Assembly: GCA_964016885.1 (NCBI GenBank)
Contig: OZ024745.1
Span: forward strand, 134,664,001-134,728,000
DNA: 64,000 nucleotides
DNA from: Eledone cirrhosa
Lineage: Eukaryota
Reading direction: 5' to 3'
Below the pieces are notes generated by a model. That model saw only the letters and a program-made list of their open reading frames with translations. It had not been told where the DNA came from and ran no database searches. Positions within the stretch are counted from its first letter, which is position 1; the number at the start of each line of letters is the position of its first letter. This document shows positions 13,317 to 26,664 of the stretch, piece after piece. The position numbers and the translations under genes are program-made.

Positions 13317-13409
13317 GACACTGAGAAATACTTCCCTGGAACTAAGAAGACCCCACCCCGAAAAGAGGCCCGACCCAGTGGTGCCAAACCAAAAGGTATG
13401 CTTTCTCTC

Positions 13410-13445
<36 letters not shown>

Positions 13446-14280
13446 GCATACACTTAATGTTAAAAGAAAAGCAAGCAAGCTTTGAAGTGACAAATAATTA
13501 GATACATTGATACGACGCGTCGCCCTCATATCATGTATCTGTATGGCTGTCTGTCTGAACTTTCTAAATAAAACACACCCACACCCAACAAAGAGAACCA
13601 AATAGTTAAATTATAGAGTAGCCTAACTTGAGATTTTAATTTTTTCCATTTTTTTCATACACAAAAATACAGATCCATAAACATTTGTGTGTGGATCTAT
13701 GTATATAGATAGGTAGATGGACAAGGGTGTCCTCACATAGGAGGTTTCCCGGTTGTTGTAATGATAGACTCCAGTTCTATCCCGAAAAACTTGAAATGAA
13801 GCAACTGGCTTATTAATGCAATGTGCTGCCAGACCTAGGGTTTGATGTTATGTTTATGAGTGCAACACACTAACCATTGAAGCCCCACCATCACATACTG
13901 AACCTACATTAGAACACTACCACACACTACAGCACTACCAGACACTATAACACTGCCATACTACACTACCACCATCACACTACATCACCACCAACACCAC
14001 CATTCTATATATTCAGATATATCATATCTACCCCACCTTTAACCCTGGCCCTTTATAACCCCTAAAATCTCTATTTCAGATATATCGTCATTCCTACGTT
14101 ACCTCTAAATATGTAACTGCTTCACCACGGCCGTTGTTGTCCCTAATGAAGGACTGGGCTCTGCTACGCAACAGCAATGTACCAGATGGTTTTGAGAAAT
14201 ACTTCCCTGGAGCTAAGGAGACCCTGCCACGAAAAGAGGCCCGACCCAGTGGTGCCAAACCATAAGGTATGCTTAATCTC
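13317..14280. repeat. Dispersed ~85-bp duplicate (13317-13405 and 14193-14275) among Helitron-like scraps
   Basis: TGAGAAATACTTCCCTGGA...AAAAGAGGCCCGACCCAGTGGTGCCAAACC occurs twice; 12345-12430 also matches 14300-14380. Confidence 0.75.
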
Positions 14281-14727
14281 TCTCTCTCTTCTAGACACTT
14301 CTATAAGGTCATATAATTGAACAGTGTCATTTCTAAAATGTGAAAAGAAAGGCAATGTTTTCAGTGACATAATTAGAAAGATATAGATACAACGCCGCAC
14401 ACTCATATCATATATATATATAAAACTGTGTGTGTCTCTCCTCATTTTTGCAAAGTCTATACAAATCCACATTTCTACTCTGATTGGCTTCAAACTTGCA
14501 TTTATATATTCCTTGTGGTCTAAAGATATTAACTGCAGCTTTTATTTTTCAATTTTCTGTTTTTAAAGAGGTGTTAGGCACCAGTTATCGATCTCCATCG
14601 TGCCCTTATAATATCTGTTTGTATGTCTGGCTGTCTGCATAACGACATTATGATCCATGACGTCAGCAATGACGTTAATCTTCGCCACATTCACACACAC
14701 ACACACACACGCGCGCATGCGCAGATA

Positions 14728-14787
<60 letters not shown>

Positions 14788-14820
14788 TATGTACGTATGT
14801 ATGTATGTACGTATGTATGT

Positions 14821-14896
14821 GAGTTTCAGAAGATCCCGTTAAGGGTGAAAGCAGCGATTCTTTGCTTAAACTTTAATCTGTTATTTTAATAAATAT
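14821..14896. repeat. Solo arm of the 26430-26576 palindromic element
   Basis: AAGATCCCGTTAAGGGTGAAAGCAGCGATTCTTTGCTTAAACTTTAATCTGTTATTTTAAT is nearly identical to 26510-26570. Confidence 0.9.
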
Positions 14897-15225
14897 ATAT
14901 ATATATATATCATAATTGAATATAAAAGAAAAACGAACACAGATATATACATGTGTTCAAATAGTAAGGCATGAGATTCGCTAAGGTGAAAAGAATACTA
15001 ACTATAGACAATTTAAGAATAAATCAATAAAATAAATACAAACTTGGCTGCTATCTTTAGTGGTGGGAGTTTGTGAGACACGCTAAGTTCAGATACCATG
15101 TGCGTTATATATACGCACACTATTCAGTTTTTTAATATACTTAGAAATGTCCATGATAATAATTCTTCATCCACTGATGAGCAAGAATTGGTATTCCTCT
15201 TCACAATTAATTTTGCGAAACAGCA

Positions 15226-15712
15226 TTACCAAAGGTGTCTGGGTGATTTTCTCGGTCTTTGCTTGACCCAGGATTGCAGCTCGGTGAGCGAGACGAGTCT
15301 GGGAAAGGCTCGCCTCACAAACGGGGCCCACACCGGTTGACCGGTGATGAATACCTGGAGGTGCCGTAGCCTTAATGCGTGTTTACGCATCACCAGCCAC
15401 GGCATCTCAGCCCTCCTTTCGAAGGGTGTTGACAGCAGATGGATCTCCTCACCATAGGAGCCCGCTTCTTCCAAAGGAATTGGAAGAGTGTGCGCTCCAT
15501 TTTGGAGAGCGTTTCCCTTGGGCAAGGCACGACGGCCAGGCGGTAGTAGATGTGTTCGCCACCTCCGCCCGACGACGGCATTAACAACTCCAACTTCTGC
15601 AGCAGTGGCTCTAGTCATTACATACAGAAGAGAGGAGAGAGGGCACCCTTGTCGGATGGACCGCGCGATTTCGAACGGCTCCGAGAGGTAGCCGTTCACC
15701 TTGACAAGAGCA
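15226..15712 (-). mobile_element. Tx1/L1-type LINE RT fragment, internally deleted
   Basis: VNGYLSEPFEIARSIRQGCPLSSLLYV (RQGCPLS motif), then LFQFLWK...GGL in another frame. Confidence 0.85.
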
Positions 15713-16884
15713 GAAGTGCGTGCCTGCCTGCCTTAAGTCGTCCATGTTGTGGCTCCAGGTGAAGAGTTTGTACTTGAGCACAAATATGCGTGCTCATTTG
15801 CATGGTGACATGTCTGCAGCATTTGGTCAGAATATTTTAGCACTTTGTGAGGGCAAGGTCCCTGCGGATGACAAAGGCGGAATAGCAATCGACTCCCTGT
15901 GCAACATTGTGAGCAGCCCTTCTGACCTTTTGGAAGCAGTTTTTTCTAATGTCTCATCTAACTTTAAAAACCTCGATTAGCTCAGCGAAAGAGCCATCCT
16001 TGCTCGGAAAAATACCATGGTTAATTTTATTAACGAGCAGCTGATTGAGAAGATTCCCGGTAAAGAAGACATCTTCAAATCTATCGACCTGGCGTCAGAC
16101 CCCGACGATATCGTTAATTATCCGGTTGAGTTATTAAATTCCCCAGGGCTCCCACCTCTTATTCTTAAGCTTAGGGTTGGCTGTCCCATTATGCTAATAA
16201 GGAACTTGCGTCCACCAAAGCAGTGCAACGGTACTCGCATGGTCGTCAAGTCACTGACGCTGCACTTGATTGAGGCCACCATTGTAACGGGGTGCTGGAG
16301 AGGGGAGAATGTTTTCATTCCAAGGATGAACCTTTGCCCCTCGGCGTCAGATATCCCGTTCGATTTCCGGCGATCCCAATTCCCGGTGAGACCATTTTTT
16401 TTTTTTTTTCCAAGTCCATTAACAAGTCACAAGGGCAAACATTGTTGGTGGCGGTCATCCATTTGGGGGAGCCATGCTTCTCCCATGGCCAACTTTGTTG
16501 CCAGTTTCCGCGTATGGAGCAGGAATGGACTTTTTGCTTACACTCCTCAAGGGATGACACGCAATATCGTCTACTATGAAGTGCTATAGATGTTTGAGTT
16601 ATGCCGTCTGGAAAACTGGTTGGGTCACCCATAGCGGACAGATCTGACACGCAGCGGCACCAGGGCCACCATCTTGCAACTTTGTTCTACTAAATTCGCT
16701 ATTGGAAGATTATTAAGCCATCATTGATTGTCCAAAATGCTAATTGGTTTGTAACTATTAATAACCGGTTCAACTGCTTTATGCACTTAATTGATAAGAT
16801 TATGCGCTTTCAAGCTACGTTTACCTGTATGTAACTTTTCATAGCAAATGAACAAACCCGAGTAACGCCGGGCTAAACTGCTAG
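15712..16884 (+). mobile_element. Helitron PIF1-helicase C-terminal half with intact 3' end
   Basis: ACLKSSMLW...LSTNMR, PGLPPLILKLRVGCPIMLIRNL, CNGTR, FIPR, QFPVR, INKSQGQTL, FSHGQL, TRNIVYYEVL. 3' hairpin CCCGAGTAACGCCGGG (16857-16872), CTAG at 16881-16884, then T. Confidence 0.95.
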
Positions 16885-17704
16885 TTATCAATAATGTTAT
16901 ATCTCGCAATGGCCATACTCGATAACGAGGGCGCAGTCATTATGTATGGTGTTGTGATTTTTATGTACAGTATATTATTATTAGATGGGTAACGTGCCTG
17001 CAGTAATCGGTAGAGCGTCCTCTCAAAATGTTTGCATTTTGCCCAAAGCAGAAACAATTATTATTGTTGTTTGTAGTATTAGTAGTAGTATTCATTCTAT
17101 TTTGTGTTCCACGTGGTTGATATTTCATCACCACAACACCACCACACCACTACACCACCACGCCACCACACCAACACACACCACCAACACACCACTACAC
17201 ACCACTACACCAACACTGTCGCCACCAGTTGGGCTACGTAGTCAAAGTGAAGGAAATAGAATTGGTGAAAGATAGACATACTGATAGAAAGATATATGTA
17301 TATATAGAGAGAGGAGGGGGCGGGGGTTAGATAGAAAGACACAGTTATAGAGATACAGACAATTACGCGTGTTGTTGTTTCTTTGATTCCGATAATACAC
17401 ATGTGTATCTAACAGTGATGATATGTCATATAGATTATTGAGAGGAAATGAATATTTACAAAGAAAAGCTGAAATATAATTTTTAAAAAAATTAACGAAT
17501 ATTTATTTTTTATCTTTTGGAGTCAGTCAACATTTACCGCCATGTTCTTTGTTCTTTGTTAACAATAAAAGAATCTAATTTCTGACATACACCCTACTTC
17601 CGATCTTTAACCGCAGCCATTATATCAGAATGTATCTGTGCGTATGTCAAACTGAGTGCATGTGTATGGGTAGGTGTATATATAAAAATGTGTGTGTGAG
17701 TTGG

Positions 17705-18472
17705 TCCCAGGTTCAATCTGGGGTAACCACAGTAAGGTACTCAATACATAGCAGAGTATAAATATTGAATCTAGAAATGTCTTCTGCAGGAGTAGAACTG
17801 TATATTATATATATAATTTGTCTGTGGTATATATAGATGAATGTTTGATGCTGAATCTCCCCGAGAATCACGCTCTAAGTGTTTATATTTATCTAAAAAC
17901 CTTTATGTCCCAAACACTCTTTTCGGCTGAGTATTTTACAGCCAGTTTTGGAGCATGGCGTTGGATGGCACAACTATGCGAAGTGACCAGTGATATCATT
18001 ATGAGGAGGAAGAGGCCAGTTTGCCGCACCGAATCCTTCTCACAGCGGCACCCCAATTTCGGAGCCGGGCCCTCTCCCCGCGATGGATACTTCTCAATAC
18101 GAAAGACGACCGTGGCAGCCTGGGACTAGATTGCACTGTTATGAGAAGTGACAGTCGAGTTGGCCGCTCGAAACCCCTTTCACAGCGGCAGCACAGTATC
18201 GGATGCAAGTACTGTGAATTGGATGGACACTTCTCAATACAAAACGTGCTAAGGTGTGACTTGACAATGATGAGAAACCGGAACCAGACATTGTGAAGGA
18301 CTGTTTGAGGGGAGGGATGTATGTATACGGTCATTAAAACACACGCACGCTCGTATATAATTCTCCTGAATGAAAGTTATAGTCATGTAGAAGTCATTAC
18401 TATATTAAATATTTATACTCTGTTATGAATTGAGTACCTTACTCACTGTTGTTAGCTGTGATTGAACCCGGA
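17705..18472. mobile_element. Non-autonomous DNA transposon (MITE-like) with ~100-bp imperfect terminal inverted repeats
   Basis: GGTTCAATC...TAAGGTACTCAATACATAGCAGAGTATAAATATT (17710-17766) is the reverse complement of AATATTTATACTCTGTTATGAATTGAGTACCTTA...GATTGAACC (18408-18468). Superfamily not identified. Confidence 0.8.
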
Positions 18473-18554
18473 ATAAACTTTACACGTTTTTGGAAACACC
18501 CTGTATATATATCATTTGAGATGTAAATATCACATACTTAAGAGAGATAGATGT

Positions 18555-19620
18555 TAGAACTCGAAAACTTGTCAGTGTTACTGGGAACTTTGGTGATGTG
18601 GATAGGCTGTACTTGTCATGCAAGGAAGGTGGCCGGGGTCTAAAATCCATATTAACATCATATGACACCCGGATAGTAACACTGAAGCAACATCTTCAAC
18701 AGAGGAAAAGTTTTATGGCCCAGGTTTATGAGCATGAAAAAAAAATATCATTAGGATAGCCACTGATCTGGAGGAGAGATATGGAATAAAGCCTGATATA
18801 AATCTCTCACCCAGAGAAATCGGAAGATCCTATTCACTGTTCAAAGAAGATGAAAAAATTGACCAATTTACAGAAAAAGTTGTGCACGTATACTTGAGAC
18901 GTAAAACACAGACCATAGAGGTGATAAACCACTCAAAAAGCCTGGCATGGAGTTCCGACAAGTTTATGACATGACACCTTGAGGGATATCTCTATGCAAT
19001 ACAGGAACAAGAACTCCCTACCAAATATCTGCTGCACAAAAGAGGAGGGCCATCAGCTGACAATAAATGTAGGCTTATGTAAAACAAAGATTGAAGATGT
19101 AAGCGACATTGTTGCCAGCTGCGAAAGAATGTCATCTCGCTACTACCTCCCCATGAGACACGATGGGATAGCTAGAACGATCTGGAACGCAAACGAGGAA
19201 GAATATATCGAGACAGATTGCACTAAGGAATACTGGTGGAACCTGAAAATAAAAACTGCCACCAAATTAAAGCACAACCGGCCTGATATTGTTGTTTGGG
19301 ACCACCCATTGAAAACGTGTTGTGGAGATCAGTTGCCCACTTGATGTAAACGTTGTCAGAAAAATACAGGAGGAGGACATCTCCGGACCATTGATGAGGA
19401 GTTTACAAATCCAGTATCCAAAATACACCTTTAGCTTCATACCCATCATTATTGGAGCTACGGGTTATATACCAACCCGCTTGGACCAAAGTATGACTGA
19501 ACTTGGATTTGCTGACAAAGAGCGCAGCTCCCTTCCCTAATTCATAGTCTACAAGTGGCTGCGATAGTTGGCACCTTCAAAATTTGCAAAACATTCTTGC
19601 GATTCAAGGGATGACAATTT
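18555..19620 (+). mobile_element. R4/Dong- or NeSL-like non-LTR retrotransposon 3' half (CCHC finger + restriction-like endonuclease), decayed
   Basis: RLYLSCKEGGRGL, AIQEQ, CRLC...IVASC, MRHDGIARTI (RHD), HNRPDIVVWD (PD motif), EISCP, PIIIGATG. Confidence 0.88.
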
Positions 19621-19699
19621 CTTTTCTTTTACAACCTTGCCACCAGGAAGGTGACCGGTCAAAAAATATATTCGAAATTAAGAGAAAGAGATCACCTAC

Positions 19700-19718
19700 A
19701 TGTATGTGTGTATGTATG

Positions 19719-19751
<33 letters not shown>

Positions 19752-20543
19752 TTGTATATATATATTTATTTATTTATTTCATTATATTTGTTCCACTCCA
19801 CGTGGTTTATATTTCACCACCACACCGCCATCAAACGACCACACCGCCATCAAACCACCACACCAACAACACTCGCCACCACCGCCATCATTTGAATTAC
19901 GTTGTCAAACCCGACATGACAAGAAAATGAAATAGTTTCAAGAGTTTGACAAAATGAGATGTTTTGATTGGTGAGAAGGATGAAGGCGATGTACTGGCCT
20001 GTAGTGTATATGGGGGTGGGTGTGATGGTGAGATGTTGGTGACGGTCTGTGGATGAGGTGGGCTGTGGTGTGGTGGTGGTGGGTTGGTATTTAGTGGGAT
20101 GGGCTGTGGTGTGAGGTTAGTGGACTGTCTGTAGACGGGTTGGGGTGTGGTAGTGGCGCCTTTGTCTATGGTAGCGGCGTTTTTGGTGGTGTGGTGGATG
20201 TATTGGTGGCGTCAGGTATTTACATAGATACATAGACGCTCTTCGTCTGACAGATACCTTGTATATACGTATACGTACACACATATATGTATATATGTGC
20301 ACATATATTGTTGTATAAACACACACAACATAAGACACATACGCACATCCTTGCCCACACATATCGGCATACGCTCACACACAGCCATATGTATATGTAC
20401 ACACATGTATGTGCATGCGCGCATGCGGACACGAATATGAAGAGTGGTGGAGTATCGGTGGGGGTGGCGAACGACAGAGATGGGGGAAGGACTCACACTC
20501 ATGTATGCAAGATATACACATACACACTCCCACACACGTATAC

Positions 20544-20580
<37 letters not shown>

Positions 20581-20733
20581 TGTACCGACAACACACACAT
20601 ACACGCACATAGTCAGATTTACCCATATACATATATGTAGACGTACACACACATACACATATGCATACACATACACATACACATATATATATATATATAT
20701 ACACACACACATAGACATATGTATATACATGTG

Positions 20734-20769
<36 letters not shown>

Positions 20770-21130
20770 GATAAATTTGCGTACACGCACGCACACTTAA
20801 AACGCCCGTATGAGTAAAATACTTACACACAGACACACACACTATTGTTGGTTGGGGAGTGGAGGTATGTTTTGTCGGTGTTGGTGAAGTATGGAGTTGT
20901 TTTGTGGTGGTGGTGGTGGTGGTGGTGGAGTTGTGAGGGACAAAAATATATATACCGGATCGAATACCGGTTAAAAGGTGAGATAGGGAACGCGGGGGAA
21001 AAGCGTTTATGGACGTACGGCGATGTGTGTTGTGGACATGGTGATGGTGGTGGTGGTGGTGGTGCTGGGGTGATATGTTCGGCAAGATGATTACATGATC
21101 AGAGGTTACGGTGTGTTATATGGTAGGCAG
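19700..21130. repeat. Low-complexity zone of (TG)n/(CA)n/(TA)n and CAC/GTG tracts
   Basis: Direct reading; 19787-19830 resembles 17100-17150 (TCCACGTGGTTKATATTTCAYCACCAC). Confidence 0.85.
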
Positions 21131-21150
21131 ACGGGGGGTGGGGGGTATAT

Positions 21151-21336
21151 AATTGTTTCTACTTTAGGCACAAGGCCAGCAAATAGCCAGTGTATTACTG
21201 GTACTTTATTTTATCGACCCCCGTAAGGATGAAAGGCAAAGTCAACCTAGGCGGGATTTGAACTCAGATCGTAAAGGGACGTAACTATGCTTGAAAGCAT
21301 GGCGTCCGACCCTCTACCGATACTGCCAACCCCCCC
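21151..21336 (-). mobile_element. tRNA-derived SINE
   Basis: Reverse complement of the 33789-33974 element; B-box GAGTTCAAATCCC and core TTGCCTTTCATCCTTACGGGG. Confidence 0.88.
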
Positions 21337-21618
21337 ACCGTGGAGGGTATATAATACAGTCGATTTGGGATCGAGGGATATGTGTTGATGATGATTGTGG
21401 TTGTGTGTGCGTGCGACAGTACAGTTACAGGATCGAATTTAACGTGGGGTTGCAAGTTAGGGTAGATAGAGGGAACATGGGGGGATGAGGATGTAGGCGT
21501 GTATGGTATGCACATGACGATGTGTGGTGTGGTGGTGGAGATGGTGTGATATGATCGACATTGTATTTACAAGGTCTCTTGTCATTGTGGATTGCAAGGT
21601 AGAACGTATCATATGGTA

Positions 21619-22386
21619 TATATATATATATATAAAACTAAGGATGTCTGTATGAGTTTGAATCCCTAAACCTCGAGAAGCACCCAACCGACTGTTTTCA
21701 AACTTTACACCCGCGCCCTTATAATATGTCTGTATGTCTAGCTGTCTGCATCGCACTCGGCGCGTCAATGTATGCCTGTTAAATGGGCCGCAAACGCATT
21801 GATTCATTGTAAAGGCTACCAGTGGAAGCAACCGTAACACCCTCCAAATGTGAGAGAACGCAGTGAAAGTCACTATTAAGAGAACGTTCACATGGCCCTT
21901 TTTATGGCCACCACTTGAAATTGTTGATTGTTACCCGTAGTTACTGGAGTGTCAGTGAACGGCTTACAAATCCATTATAAGGGCCCTTGAAATAACTGAT
22001 GGCGACCCTTTGGTTTGGGGCGGCGAGTGAACACGCACACGCCTCAAGGCCCATTTTATTGCACCACTCCTCTGTAAAATTGTTAAATTATACCCACTGT
22101 TTGGTAAACGTTTGTGAAGGTGCGGTGGACTGGTTCGAGAAGGCTCCATATGCTGTCCGATTGCACGTCATGCCTTGCTCAAGCATTGCAGACTTCCCTC
22201 TGACTCCTGTCACTTTATTAAAGTACAAAAGCACTCAGCCGATTTTCTTCACGTGGAAGGAAAAGCATACCTAATACTAATTGCATCAGAGCATTCGGTT
22301 TATTTTCTTTACATGTCCAGGCATGCAGTTTTTCCACGATTAGGTCAAAATAACTTATCCCGTGCAACGCCGGGTACCACTGCTAG
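21619..22386 (+). mobile_element. Non-autonomous Helitron
   Basis: 5' TATATATAAAACT...GATGTC...CCCAACCGACTGTTTTCAAACTTTACAC matches the 49249 element; 3' CCCGTGCAACGCCGGG hairpin, CTAG at 22383-22386, then T. The 5' TC is obscured by a TA tract. Confidence 0.82.
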
Positions 22387-22773
22387 TATTATATATATAT
22401 ATATGCATATTGTTTTACTCTTTTACTTGTCCCAGCCATTTTGCTGAGGTCATGCTGGGGTACCGCCTTTAATATATTTTTCTATATATCTACACACACA
22501 CACACACATATATATATATCAATAAAAACGTATCCATGAAAGGCAAATCTTATCGGTTGGAAAACAAAATAAACTTTTGTATTTTATTTGATGAAAGTGC
22601 ACCAAGCTTGTCTTGGTTGGCCTTGAAATATATATAATAAAATAAATATGGTTTTATAAATAGTTTCCATTTATTTAATATCACGAAATATTTACTCCAG
22701 TAAATTGTTGAGTGCTCTAAATCAGTTATAAACATTTGTTTGTCGGACTTCCAACAAATTAAATACAACTTCT

Positions 22774-22831
<58 letters not shown>

Positions 22832-22921
22832 CGGAGTTGTGTTAAGGAACCAGATGGACCATAATGCACCAGAGATAGCCGTCGAAACGGCTTGAGCTCT
22901 GCCGTCGGGGTCATACATCTT

Positions 22922-22983
<62 letters not shown>

Positions 22984-23139
22984 TTCACGTTGTTCTGATA
23001 AAACTATTAAATTTCTTCATAGAATAATAAATTTTGTTTTATTATTTGTTGCTATTGTTCGGTTGTTGTTGTTGTTGTTACACACACACACACAAACTTT
23101 GATCATCTTTTGGCGGCAAAAAATAGCGGCAAAACAACA

Positions 23140-23180
<41 letters not shown>

Positions 23181-23719
23181 GTGAGTATGTGTGAGTTACC
23201 CGCCACTTTCTTTTCCTTATAAATACAAGCCCCGTTTTTCATATCTTTCATTTCAGCCACAGATTTGAAAGATGACTTCAGGTTATTCTCATGGTATGCT
23301 TTAAGCCCTTTTTAGGGCTGCTCAGAGATACGCCGAAAACACAGCGTCCATGTTCACTCCTGGGACTGAGAAGAAAAGTCCCACAGGTCAGTCAGATTTA
23401 TATTTAATTTATTTAAAAAAAAAAAATAATTTCAATTTAATTTATATTTCTTAAAAAAAAAAAGAATTCAATTTAACTTATTTCTTTAAAAAAAAAGTTC
23501 AATTTCATTTAAAAAAAATTCAATTCAATTAATTTCTTTTAAAAAAAAAGCTTTTATAGTTATGTTTTTGTATTTTAATCGGGGTAACATTTTCGATTTA
23601 ATTAATTTCATCATATTGTTGTATATATACACACACACATATATATACAATTGTTATATATATATATATATATATATATAAGGTTGCAGTTATTCGAATA
23701 CCTTGGAGTATTCGTTTTT

Positions 23720-23885
23720 ATTTCTATGCTCTCTGAAATCCTGCCAAGGTCAACTTTGCCTTTCTTCCTTGTGTTGGAAGTGGATAAAAAAAAGTACCAG
23801 TGAAATGCTGGGGTGAATTCTTCCTATCTATAGTTTTCTCGCAATTATCTTTTTCTGAATAAAAGTACCAGTCAAATACTGGGTT
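23720..23885 (+). mobile_element. Degenerate SINE remnant of the same core family
   Basis: AAATCCTGCCAAGGTCAACTTTGCCTTTC...GATAAAAAAAGTACCAGTG. Confidence 0.6.
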
Positions 23886-24376
23886 CCTCTCTTCTCTGCT
23901 TTTTCTCTGTCTATCTTTCTGGAAGAATTTTCTATTTTTAGAACTGGAGGAGTTGGTATTTGCTAGTGATTAAGGGAGAAAATGAAAGATATATATGTAT
24001 ATATATGTATATGTGTGTTGATGAGATTATGTAGGGGGGGGAAAAATCTGGAAAAATCTGTTGAATTCACATGGTTGGTATTGTCTCTGTTCTCTGTTTT
24101 CAAAAGACTTATAAAAGCTGACTCAGTATTGTTTATCCAATAAAGTAGCAGTAATACGTTATAGTTAGATTAACGTTAATTTTGTTCACTTGTAATTTAG
24201 AGAATATAAAATATAAAATGCACCATTAGAATATATAACTTATTTTTATTCCAGATTCTCCTAAAAATTTGTCCCTGTTCAATTCCTTCTCTGCCACAAA
24301 CCTCTCATTTTTGGATAGAATTTTTTTATTTATTTTTTTACGTTAGGTTAAACCAGCCAACCAATTTTTTTAAATA

Positions 24377-25824
<1,448 letters not shown>

Positions 25825-26429
25825 GAAAAGGTGAATATAAAATGAAAGTGCTTTTTTTTTAAAAAAAGGAATTTATTAGGTATCGACATGTTTCTGTAAC
25901 AGACGAAATACCTATGTATCGCTGCTTGCGTAATCATATAATGTTAGCAAGTATTCGATAGCAAATGTATAATCAGTTGTCACTTCAGAGATTTTGGATA
26001 AATTTGAAAAAATCAGAAAAATTGAAGTATTTATATTAGTTGTAATAGAGGAAGAGAAGTATATGACAGATGGTAATTCAATTTACTGCTAAACAAGTAT
26101 ATAAATGGTTTTTAATGAGAATACATGAGTAAATGGTTTATTTTATCTAAATAAGAATTTTTGGGAGTGCCTATTTTAATCTATACTTGACCAATTGAAC
26201 AATGGACAGGGCTGGTTATTTGGTGTAGTAGTATTAATTATAAAGTGTCGATTAAGGAAGGGGGAGATTTCGACTGCTACTGAATAACTTCCAATGCTAG
26301 TAGTCAGCTGGTATATGCATTAGGGAATTGAATTAAGAAATCTCATTTTATCTATAACAGTTTATATTAAATGATAACCTGAAATTTTTATATTTATATT
26401 TATATATATATATATTTATTTATTTATAT

Positions 26430-26576
26430 ATATATATTAAAATAACCGATTAAAGTTTAAGCAAAGAATCGCTGCTTTCACCCTTAACGGGATCTTCTGA
26501 AATTCATTTAAGATCCCGTTAAGGTTGAAAGCAGCGATTCTTTGCTTAAACTTTAATCTGTTATTTTAATATATAT
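26430..26576. repeat. Near-perfect palindrome: ~67-bp arms, 13-nt loop
   Basis: 26430-26496 is the reverse complement of 26510-26576 with two mismatches seen. Confidence 0.95.
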
Positions 26577-26664
26577 TTGCTGTACGGTTCTTATATATTT
26601 GATATATATTTATCCATATCGAGCCCTTTTTTAATTTTAGTTTTCAAATTTATTATTATTACTA

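Noticed and set aside
15712-16589. Host PIF1 telomere helicase gene
   Set aside because: Intronless, frameshifted and followed by a Helitron hairpin + CTAG end.
10100-16884. One Helitron split and inverted into complementary halves
   Set aside because: The halves abut in protein terms, but the overlap differs (IVETTFK vs EVRACLK) and the + piece looks more GC-rich; two families are more likely. Not tested by alignment.
18484-18508. Tc1/mariner-like terminus (TACAGGGTGTTTCCAAAA on minus)
   Set aside because: Only ~20 bp and no partner end found.
22830-22925. Possible Penelope-like 3' scrap between TA tracts
   Set aside because: Too short to assign by eye.
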